A DNA stretch of 64,000 nt, taken from Lama guanicoe (lineage: Eukaryota). The DNA lies in the NCBI GenBank assembly GCA_013239625.1, contig MU053810.1, positions 4,124,071-4,188,070 on the forward strand, written 5' to 3'. Of this stretch, positions 51,016-61,885 are shown piece by piece (the stretch's first letter is position 1; every line of letters begins with the position of its first letter). Both the position numbers and the translations under genes were made by a program. The notes beneath the pieces were generated by a model that was not told the DNA's origin, searched no databases, and saw nothing but the letters and a program-made list of their open reading frames with translations.

Positions 51016-54000
51016 TTACCAGACTTTATGGTGTGCAAACACTAGACACTTCTCTCTTCCACTTTCCATTAGGTCCAGGATGTATTCATTGACAGATGGG
51101 ATTTTAGCTTCAGCTGTTCTATTGAAGGAGAGAATGAGGGCTTCTTTCTGCTGCTGTTTAGTTTTGTCCTTGGTGGTCATCTCCTTGACCATGGCATCTA
51201 GGGCAGCTCTGGTCCCAGCGCTAATCTGGCCTGGGGCCACCACCACCATCCTGCACTGTTTGGCTGGGAGCTGGGAGAGGACGTCACACTTGAGGCGTCG
51301 CAGCATGACTGCCTCCTCCAGCAGGAGCTCCAGCTCTCTGAGGTTTGAGGAGCCCAAATAATCCCATCCCCAGGACATCCGCTTGGCACCACAGTGGCGA
51401 AGTCCAAGGGCGAGGAACTGAGGGAAGAAGGTTGGCTTGACGGCAAGGATCTGTGTGTAGAGCTCGGCAGGCTGGGTCATGGCTGGCGTGCCTGACAGTA
51501 AGATCACCCGCTTGGCAACCTTGAGGAGGGGCATAGCCGCGCGACAGTGGGCGGTCTTAATACTTTTGAGGAAGTGAGATTCATCAATGATGACAACTTT
51601 AAAAGGGGTTTTGAGCTGCCTTCCTAACTTGCTCAGAGGGTTACAACTGACAATATTGACCAGGCCAGCCGTCAGGCAGTCCTTCCTGGTCACCACAACA
51701 TTGATGTGGTCTGGCCTCAGAGACGGCAGCCACTGATGGAAGGCCTGCTCCCAGGTGAAGCGCACGGATGAAGGTACCACCACCAGGAGCGGCCACTCCT
51801 TCTGGTAGTAGGCCACGATGCAGATGGCTTGGATGGTCTTCCCCAGGCCCATGTCATCAGCCAGCAGCAGGCGGCCTCTTTTCGCGATGGCAAAATTGAC
51901 CCCAGCCCCTTGGAAAGGCAGCAGGCTAGACACAAGCTTGGAATCCACCCCGGAAAGGTCTGCCTCAGGGATGTCTGCCACTGGACAGAGAGATGTCTTC
52001 TCGAGCTGAGAAGCGAAAGCCAGGGTGAGCATCTTGGGCAAAGGATCCAGCTGAACTTGGGGAAGGCAGCACGCCCTTTCAATTAGTTTATTGTGCTCTT
52101 CCACGAGAAAGTTTCACTTCCTGGTTTTGACATCATAATTTCTGGATACATCTGTTTAAACAGTGCAACCAGGCCTTCTGAGTAGCCGATGTCTGCCTCG
52201 AAGTGGGCCCGGGAGGTGAGCATGCACTGTCCTTTGACAAAGGTGAGGGAGGGAGCTGCAGGAAGGCAGGCCTGGGCCACGCTGCCGCTGCCAGTGGAGG
52301 GCGGCTCCCTGCGGCCCTCGGCTGCTTCCAAAGGCTGCAGGGTGACGGTAGGGAGGTGCTGGGCTGCTCTCATTAGGGCACCGTAGTCCGTCATGCTGAA
52401 GTTCCACGTCTTGGTGGCAGGATCGTAACGTCTGCTGGGCAGACTTTTTTTTTTCTTTTTTAACATTTTTTATTGATTTATAATCATCTTACAATGTTGT
52501 GTCAAATTCCAGTGTAGTGCACAATTTTTCACTTATACATGAACATATATATATTCATTGTCACATTCCTTTCTTTGTGAGCTACCATAAGATCTTGTAT
52601 ATATTTCCCTGTGCTTACAGTATAATCTTGTTTATCTGTTCTACAGTTTTGAAATCCCAGTTTATCTCTTCCCATCCCCCACCCCCTTGGCAACCACAAG
52701 TCTGTATTCTATGTCTATGAGTCTGTTTCTGTTCTGTATTTATGCTTTTTTTTAGATCCCACATATAAGCGATCTCATATGGTATTTTTCTTTCTCTTTC
52801 TGGCTTACTTCACTTAGAATGATATTCTCCAGGAGCATCTATGTTGCTGCAAATGGTGTTATGTTGTCATTTTTATGGCTGTATAATATTCCATTGTGTA
52901 AATATACCACTTCTTCTTTATCCAGTCTTCTGTTGATGGACATTTAGGCTGTTTCCACGTCTTGGCTATTGTAAATAATGCTGCTATGAAAATTGGGGTG
53001 CAGGTGTCATCCTGAAGTAGGGTTCCTTCTGGATATAAGCCCAGGAGTGGGATTCCTGGGTCATATGGTAAGTCTATTCCCAGTCTTCTGAGGAATCTCC
53101 ATACTGTTTTCCACAGTGGCTGCATCAAACTGCATTCCCACCAGCAGTGTAGGAGGGTTCCCTTTTCCCCACAGCCTCTCCAGCATTTGTCATTTGTGGA
53201 CTTCTGAATGATGGCCATTCTGACTGGTATGAGGTGATACCTCATTGGAGTTTTGATTTGCATTTCTCTGATAACTAGTGATATTGAGCATTTTTTTCAT
53301 GTGTCTATTGATCATTTGTATGTCTTCCTTGGAGAATTGCTTGTTTAGGTCTTCTGCCCATTTTTGGATTGGGTTGTTTGTTTTTTTCTTATTGAGTTGT
53401 ATGAGCTGCTTATATATTCTGGAGATCAAGCCTTTGTCGGTTTCATTTGCAAAAGTTTTCTCCCATTCTGTAGGCTGTCGTTTTGTTTTACTTATGGTTT
53501 CTTTTGCTGTGCAGAAGCTTGTAAGTTTCATTAGGTCCCATTTGTTTATTCTTGCTTTTATTTCTTCTAGGAGAAAATTTTTGAGATGTCTGTCAGATAA
53601 TGTTTTGCCTATATTTTCCTCTAGGAGGTTTATTGTATCTTGTCTTATGTTTAAGTCTTTGATCCATTTTGAGTTTATTTTTGTGTATGGTGTATGGTGT
53701 AAGGGAGTGTTCTAGCTTCATTGTTTTACATGCTGCCGTCCAGTTTTCCCAACACCATTTGCTGAAGATACTGTCTTTATTCCATTGTATATTCTTGCCT
53801 CCTTTGTCGAAGATTAGTCATGCTGAAGTTCCATGTCTTGGTGGCAGGGTCATAACATCTGCTGGGCAGACTCTTAAACACTGCAATGAGCTCCTCATTG
53901 TACCCGATCTTCACCTGGAAATGGTCCCCATCCCTTATGCACGTTCCCTGCTGGGATTTTGCTGCTTTCTGGAGTGGGGTCCCCGATTTCTGTTGGAGTC

Positions 54001-54920
54001 TTCCTTCTGTCTTAGGCATCACACTTCCTGAGCCACAACAGATGTCAGAAATGTTCTGCCCGTAGGTGGAGGGAGGGTCTTGACATCTTGGCCTCTAATT
54101 CAGGATCCCTGGATCAGGAGGCAGAAGCTGCTGTCTCCTGGGAATTCTTTGTTTTGGCCAAAGGGTCATGAGCTGTGTTAGCAAAAGGTGTCAATTTGGT
54201 CTCGTGTGAAGCCTGAGGATGACCATAACGTAACTCATAACCCAAGAGCTGTTGGCTGGTGACCTCTGGAGGACTGTGTGCCAAGGGAGGGGAGATGCCA
54301 GTGACAGTCATTTGGCTCGGTGGGCTGTGGCTTGGGCAGGCTGTGGGCATCTTCTCTTGCCTCTTCCATGTCCCCTGTGCCCACATTGAGGTTGAGTTGA
54401 AAATTCTGGGAATTTGGGGATCTCTGGTCACCATTCGATGAACTCCTGGGATTCTGTTGCTTGAAAATGATGCCATGGCTCCCTGACTTAGAAGGATCCC
54501 TGGGGAGGTTTTGAGAAGGGCCCTGCTTGGACTGGGAAGGTGTGGCAGCAATGGAGAAGCCAGAGCCTGCGTTCTGATGCTGTTTTGCCAATAATTTCTC
54601 AGCTCTATGGGCCAGAGCCTTTTGCCGATTCTCTTGTCTTTTTCCTCTGCTCGTCTGTAAGAGGCAAGGACATTTTAACAGGAAAACGCTCATGCAGGAA
54701 TGTCAGTCTTTAATCAGAAACTTGGCAAAAGCTAGAGAAAGGCCTGGAAAGCGAGCCACATTCGTGGCTGACCCCGAACCCAGGCGCGTCTCCAGAGCCC
54801 TCCCGAACCAGATTACTCCCCCGGGTGACTGGTTAGGAGCCGGTATTTTAATGCTGTCAGTTTGCCCACCTTATTTCAGGAGCAGGGCCTGGAGGTAGTG
54901 TTGTGGCGGGGTTGTTCACC
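51016..54920 (-). pseudogene. SMARCAL1: Processed pseudogene of SMARCAL1 (HARP annealing helicase): 5' UTR to mid helicase region, 3' end missing, interrupted by L1
   Basis: ATG at 54673-54671 gives [12 protein letters not shown]...[15 protein letters not shown] (RPA-binding N-terminus). HARP1 '[31 protein letters not shown]', HARP2 '[18 protein letters not shown]', and SNF2 motifs [28 protein letters not shown]. Intronless, with frameshifts and a TGG>TGA stop at 52116-52114. The 5' boundary (~54850-54920) is approximate. Confidence 0.95.
52446..53816 (-). mobile_element. Young 5'-truncated L1 inserted in the SMARCAL1 retrocopy
   Basis: Poly(T) from 52445. ORF2 C-terminal peptides '[24 protein letters not shown]' and '[22 protein letters not shown]...CWWEC...[14 protein letters not shown]'. 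3' UTR matches the 14.5 kb and 60.1 kb copies. Flanked by a 56-bp duplication. Confidence 0.95.
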
Positions 54921-54924
54921 CTAT

Positions 54925-55630
54925 CCCATTGTGGTTTTGATTTACATTTCCTTATGACTAAAGATGTTGAGCATCTTTTCATGTGCTTATCGGGCATTTC
55001 TGTATCTTCTTGGAGAAATTAATGTCTACTCAGTACATTGTCCATTTTTAACTAGAGTTATTTGTCTTTTTATTATTGGTTTGTAAGTTGTGCAGATACA
55101 AGATCCTTTCTCAGACTTAGGATTTGCAAGTATTTTCTCTTTTTTATGTGAGTTGTCTTTTGCCTTTTCTGATGGTTTAGTTTGCAGGACAGAAGTTTTG
55201 ATGTTTTGATAAAGTACAATTTATTTTTTCTTTTATCACTTGTGAAACAATCCAAATTTATTAAGACGTACTCTTAAGGTTTTTTTTTTCCTTATACTCT
55301 TATTTTCTTCTAAGTGTTTTGTAATTTTAGCTCTTGCCTAATTTAGGTCAAATCTATTTTGAGTTAATTTTTGTGTATGGGGTGAGGAAGGTGTTCAACT
55401 TATTCTTTCGCACGTGGATATTCAGTTGTTCCAGCATCATTTATTGAACTGTCTTGGCACCCTTGGTGGAACCAATTGACCATAATGTAGGGGTTCATTT
55501 CTGGGCTCTCAGTTTTAATCCATTGACCTATGTATATGTCTGTCCTTATGCCAGGACCACATTGTCTTGACTACTGTGGTTTTGTAGTAACTTTTTAACC
55601 TGGAAAGTGGGAGTCCTCCAGCTTGGTTCT
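54925..55630 (-). mobile_element. Older L1 (L1MB-like) ORF2 fragment
   Basis: 'cattgtggttttgatttacatttccttatgactaaagatgttgagcatcttttcatgtgcttat', 'ttttgagttaatttttgtgtatggggtgagg' and 'gtcttgactactgtggttttgtagtaa'. Confidence 0.8.
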
Positions 55631-56826
55631 AGAGAGTGAGCAAATGGCAGGCAGGGATTGTGCATTGTTTATTTTTTTTATCCCCAGTTACAGGTACATA
55701 ATAGATGTAGGATGAGTGAGTGAATGAATGAATGAATGTGAATGAATGGATGTCTGAGGGACTAAGAGAATGAAGTAGCAGGAGTGTGATGGGGCCTTCT
55801 GTCACCTTATGCAGTCTGCACTTTTTCTAAGCCGAAGAATCCCTGAGCTGCATGATAATTCAGGCCAGTGTAATTTCTAGTGTTGCTATCATATGACTTT
55901 AAAATGTAATCCTTCCATATGCTCTAATCAAATAATGCTATTCTCAGTTAAACACATGATGAAATGCCTGCACTGGCAGGAATTATGCTCTTGAAACACC
56001 GTTATTCTGTTGTCACCAAGGACACTTCTGCATCTGATATTGATTCAGATATTCAATTGTGAATGCCACGAAGATGACTTTATTTGTAGCTAATGAGGAT
56101 TGTATTGGCTGAAGAAATTGGCAGTGTGAACAATGCAGTGTATGCTTACTAATCCAATGTGAATGAATAGAGTAGCTTCCCTGATCAGCATTCAGAAGGC
56201 TTTTGTGTCCTGGGCTGATAGAAAATTGAAAAATATTAAGTGCTATGATTTTATTGTATTTTAATATCAACTGGTCAGGGTATTTTTGGAAAATTCATTA
56301 TATGTTGCTGATGATTCAAGTTGTGTTGAACTACTACTCAAATATAGATTTATACAGGTGTGCCTTGATTTTGAAAAACATGTTATACAAAACTTGAATT
56401 ACAGAATATGAACATTTGAAACAAAGGCTATTACAGAAGTACCATCAGGTCATTAGTTCATTGAGTACCTATGGAGTGGGAATCGTGAGTCTAGGGGACT
56501 GGGTCATCATCCACCCTTCTCATTCCCAAGGATTCTGATCAGTAAGGCAAACCAACCAAGCAAGATTACTAGCCAAGTGGAAAATATAAATAGTGATTTT
56601 GCTTGTCTGTATGATCTTCAATGTAGAGTTTTGTGAAATCTTTGTTAGAATATATGCTTTCAGCTTCATCCAAAGTGGAACTTTTTACTCCTACCCTTTA
56701 TCAAGAATTGGGCCCCACAAGGTCCGGTGTGCTTGCAGAAGGAGGGAGGCACCAGATCTTCAGACAGACTCCAGTACCACTTGCTTGAATATGGATGAGA
56801 CTGACAGGCTGCTTCCAGAAGGAAAG

Positions 56827-57256
56827 TGTGGTAAGCAGGTCACCCCACCCAGAACTGTCCACATTTTAATTTCCCCAAACTGTGACTGTTTTTAAACTTA
56901 CATGACAAAGGGAGTATGTGGCTGTGATTATGTTAAGGACCTTGACATGGGGACACTATCTTGGATTATCTGGATGAGTCTAATATCATCAAAAGGGTCT
57001 TTATAAGGAGGAAGCCAGAGAGCCACAGAAGGAGATGTGACCACAGAAGCAGAGGTCGAAGTGATGTAGGACCACATGCCAAGGAATGTGAACAGTCTAC
57101 AGAAGATGGAAAAGGCAAGGGAGTGCCTCCTGCTGAGGCACTTGATTTTGGCCCAGTGAGGCTTCTGACTTACAGAACTCTAGGATAATAGGGTTGTGTT
57201 GTTTTAAGCCATTCTGTCTGTGATATTTGTTACAGCAGCAATAAGAAGCTAATACA
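56827..57256 (+). mobile_element. MaLR solo LTR (MLT1C/D-like)
   Basis: Begins TGTGGTA, contains 'gattatgttaaggaccttgacatgggg..tatcttggattatctggatg' and ends 'gttgttttaagcca...tttgttacagcagcaataagaagctaaTACA'. Confidence 0.85.
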
Positions 57257-60116
57257 GAAGATTTGAGGACCTGCTTAGGTGTGTTTCTCATAAGGGAACA
57301 GGAAATAAACAAGGGCTCTCTGGATTCCATCCCCCCAAAGTGAAAAAGTTGAGGTAACCCTGCCCACTAGTAAACCATTGTCCAGTTAATGGCAAATTTC
57401 AACAGATCAAACTGGCCACTCCCTCCTTCACTAATTAAGGTATTTCAGTGGGGAAGAAGTTTAATTACAAGAATTAGAGAATGACAAGCCATTGGAAGAT
57501 GGGGGAGCCAGGCCCAGAATGACCACTTTTAGGAACTCTGAAAGTGGGGTCTCAGAAGGTGTCATGTCCTTACTTCTGCTGTCTGCTGGTACCCAGCAGC
57601 CTGCCTGCAGCCACCATCAAAAAATGGTAACTTTCACCTTCCGAATCTCACGAGGCTGTCTCCATGGTAGACTCTCTCAGGGGCCCTGCAGGCAAGGGAG
57701 AAGTGGGGTTTCTAGACGTTACCTTCAAAAGCTCAAGGGTGCAGTGTACAGGGTATCAACAGAATCTGGCAGAGAGGGTGAAGAGAAATGATGACAGAAG
57801 TTTGCTTTTCTCTAGTTGGAGGGAGAAATATGGGAGCAGAGGTGCTCTTCCTTACAGCCCCTAGGCCCTTTGCTCCCTTGACCTTGGGGCGGTAGCCACC
57901 ATTGTGGGTACGTTAATGAACATAGTGGCAAAGTCAAAGTACTGCACAGCTGTGTGGTGAACCCAGTACCCAAGAGATCCGAGATGGATGTGAAATTGAA
58001 TATTAAAGGATAAATTTAAAATGATTGTGTTATTCTTTAATGACAGTTTACCAGGTATCTGTTTTGAACCTACATCATTTCAAGGACATTTTCCTTTGAA
58101 GTGTTTAACAAGTAATTTAAGCCAAGTTAATATTCATTGCAAATGTCAGAAGCAGTTGAATTTTATTTTCATAGGGCCTTTGAACTTCTGTGTTTATTGG
58201 GAGAGATAAAATGTTATCATGCCATGATTTCTACTTTTAAAAATTTGATAAAGTTGCACAGGTAACTGTTACCTAATTATTAATTAAGTATAAATACCAT
58301 TAGTTAATCAACACAGGAATAAACTCGGCATGCCTTACTTCTTACTGGTCTCAATCAAGTATTTTCAGGAGATTTATGTAACCTGTTAGTTCAATCTTTA
58401 ATTGCTTCTTGAGGGTATGGAATTGTTTCTGGCTTGCCAAAAGTGGTGAAGAGGATGGAGTGGTTCAGGTGGGGTGTATGTAACATGAAGGCATTTGGTT
58501 TTGTCATGTAATCTCAGAGGAAGAGGATGGGGAGCACCCAGAGGTAACACCAGGGGTCACTAGGAATCTCTATAAATTGAAGGCAGAGGGAGCCAAGTAA
58601 AGCCAAGGTTTCCAGCCATGAACTAAGGGTTTGGAAAATAGCATGGCCGGGATTTATCATGGATGAATTGAAACAGCAGAACTTAAGAGTTCAGGGAGCA
58701 AGTTGCTACAGCATCACTGGATAGAACCACTTGAGGCTAGCTTGCTTTGGACTGCATTTACCTGCCCAGGTCCTTGGGATGGCCCTGGTGAACCTGTCCA
58801 GCACCTGTTCTGGTCTGTAAACCTGTGTTCACTTGGCTTTGTCTCTGGTTATCATCCTGAGTCATTTCTCTGTTTCTAAGACCACAGGGCCCATGTCAAG
58901 AGCGTTTGGTTCCCATTTACAGTCACTCATCATTTCAGTTTTACATTATTATTTGAGATTTTATTTTTGTCCTCCCAGCAGATCAGTCTGATTCCTACCT
59001 AGGCAGACTCATGGACCGGAACGTGGGTCTCAATACTGTTCTTCTCTAAAAATGCATCAGTCAGCAAACATTTTAAAAGTCCTTTTCATGTTTACCAGCC
59101 TCATAGGAATGATGGTTTCAACAGTAATGATCATTCTGCAGATCAAGTTTTCAGCTAATATGGAAGGTCTGCTCTTTGACTCAGGCAGTCTCATTTTTAA
59201 GGTTCTACCTGATTTCTCTCTCAGAACCTGTATTAATTTACACGGTAATATTATTATCATTATCACTATTATTAGTAGTTGCTATTCTTACATGAGACAC
59301 CCATTAAAACTCTTTAGTATCTCTAATAAACTTTGGCTTTAATTCCCACTAGCATATGTGAGGTGATTCTGGAGTTGAAGGCATTCTAAAAGATAGTCAA
59401 TTTAGTTTGCTCTATTCGCCAGCAAAATTAATGCTGCATGATCTCCTATTTCTGGGCACCTCTAGGCAATTTTATTTATATCCTTGACTTTAAACCTACT
59501 CTCAGATCTGCTTAGCTCAGAACTCCCTTCTGAATGCAGACTTGCTGATGGTTAGGTGCCCCACCCAGCTGTTTCATAGGCACCTCGCACTTCATCCACG
59601 CAGATCTGAAACCATCACCCCTACTTGCTCCCCTTTCTAAATTTCCTTACTCAGAGTTTGGTACCAGCTCGCTGCCCCAGTCAGCTTTCTGAACTTATCT
59701 TTGATTTCTTCTTTGACTTCACCTCCGTATGCAATTAGTTGCTAAGACCTCTTAGTGAAAGCTTGGATGTTTCTTCCGTCTGCTAGCTTTTTCTCCTCTG
59801 CTCCCATAGCACCACACACCCACTTTGATTACAACAGGTATTTTATTGTTTTGCAAAACTTCCATTTGCACGTCTGTCTCTCCCTTTTGATGGTGGAGGA
59901 GAGACACTTTTCATTTCAGCCTTTTGGTGCCTAGCCCCAAATTTGTTAAGTCAATGAAGTGAATGAAGGGGAAACTAAATTGGATAAAAGTACCGTGACC
60001 AGAGTTTGTAAATATTCTGTCCTAAATAATTTATTTTGTGGAGCCTGTGATTCCTATTGTATGTTACTTCCTCTTTACTGTTGCGTATTACATGACCGAA
60101 TGATAAAACTTGTATT

Positions 60117-60711
60117 GCATTATTTACAATAACCAAGACATGGAAACAGCCTAAATGTCAATCAACAGATGACTGGATAAAGAAGTGGTATATTTACACA
60201 ATGGAATACTACTCAGCCATAAAAACTGACAACATAACACCATTTGCAGCAACATGGATGTCCCTGGAGAATGTCATTCTAAGTGAAATAAGCCAGAAAG
60301 AGAAAGAAAAATACCCATATGAGATCGCTCATATGTGGAATCTTAAAAAAAAAAACCCACAAACAAAGCATAAATACAAAACAGAAATAGACTCATAGAC
60401 ATAGAATACAAACTTGTGGTTGCCAAGGGGGTGGAGGGTGGGAAGAGATAGACTGGGATTTCAAAATTGTAGAATAGATAAACAAGATTATACTGTATAG
60501 CACAGGGAAATATACACAAGATCTTATGGTAGCTCACAGAGAAAAAATATGACAATGAATATATATATGTTCATGTATAACTGAAAAATTGTGCCCTATG
60601 CTGGAATTTGACACAACATTGTAAAATGATTATAAACCAATAAAAAAGTTAAAGGTGAAAAAAATAAAGATTGATACAATTAAGAACATGGGTTCTTAGT
60701 AAAAAAAAAAA
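60117..60711 (+). mobile_element. Young 5'-truncated L1 3' end with extra sequence before a terminal A-run
   Basis: Near-identical to 14637-15170. L1 AATAAA at ~60639, then ~45 nt of non-L1 sequence and A11 at 60701-60711. Imperfect TSD aaaacttgta (60105-60114) / aaaagttgta (60708-60717). Confidence 0.85.
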
Positions 60712-61734
60712 GTTGTAGCAATTTTAGAGTCTCTTCAGTATAGCTCTAAGAGTTTACATTTATTTTGTGACTCACGGTGTGAAGTTTCAGATATATGCCA
60801 GAGAGATTTTTAAATGAGCATTAAACCGATGACTAACATGTAACTTTGGAAATTTTAGTGTCAAAACATATATATTTAAAAAAATACGTATTCATTTTGT
60901 CTCACCTACAAATATTATCTTCTTAAAAATAAGGTAGAACTGATTCTGAAAGAAGTAATCACATTACCCAAATTGTAACAATTAAACTTGCCTGTGAAAG
61001 AAAAAGACAAAGCTGACATTAACTTTTACAACACTTCCTTTAAAGGGTAAAGGTCATTACCCAGTCCACCTTTGAAAGTCATGATCTTTAAAAAAGAGAG
61101 GATTTTTGTTTTAAATGGGGACACTTTGCCCCAATGTGCAAGTTAATGGTTATATTTTTGCCTCAACACTGATAAGAAAGCAGAAATTGTGACATAAATG
61201 ATACAAATGTGTGGTTTAGTTTTGAGAGACATAATTGTTCCTTTTATGCCTTAAGTAAGCTTTTATGGGAGCATTCTGGCTAATGCTGTATATAGGAAAC
61301 TTATGCTCATATTTCCATTTGATGAGGATACATCATTAAAATATATGAACATAAATAGACTTTGTGTACACAAAGTGAAACAAAACCATGCTCAGGGCAT
61401 TTGGAAAGTTTCTCCTTATGAAACAAGTGGGCAATGCCTTTCTTTAAATCCATCTAAAATAAAAAACCCTGTAATTTACAAAATAGGGCTCAGTTTTGGA
61501 TCATTGAAGTCCTTTTATATTGGCTTCTTACACACACGTTTTGTAAACTCATCCTTTTGTGGTAAGCATCCCTTGTGCTAAATCAACGCAGTATGTAAAA
61601 ATTCTGGATTACAATTAAGAAATACTTGGTTACCCCTGTGCTAGTGTATTTTAAAATGAAGTAGGTTGAATTGTGCATATATAAATGTTTGTTCTAAGTT
61701 GAGTTCACAGGAGGACATGTTAACACACAGTAGC

Positions 61735-61885
61735 TAATAGGAGCTGATTTTTATTGAGCACTTACTATGGTCCAGACAGTGTACTAAACTTTACATGAAT
61801 TAGGTAAGTTATACCGCACCACCTCATGAAGAGGTAAGAATTTGTCCACTCACAGCTAAGGGACATGAGGCACAGTAATGTGTGC
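61735..61885. mobile_element. MIR fragment
   Basis: 'tttattgagcacttactatggtccagacagtgtactaaactttacatg...cctcatgaagaggta...tgaggcacag' is MIR-like. Confidence 0.55.

Noticed and set aside
53777..54022. Possible SMARCAL1 HARP-L1 ORF2 fusion protein
   Set aside because: The HARP frame enters the L1 out of frame with ORF2 ([11 protein letters not shown] is in another frame) and stops after 12 codons; the upstream retrocopy is frameshifted.
52083..54022. Apparent third HARP domain or novel SMARCAL1 architecture
   Set aside because: The repeated peptide is the 56-bp duplication flanking the L1, not an extra domain.
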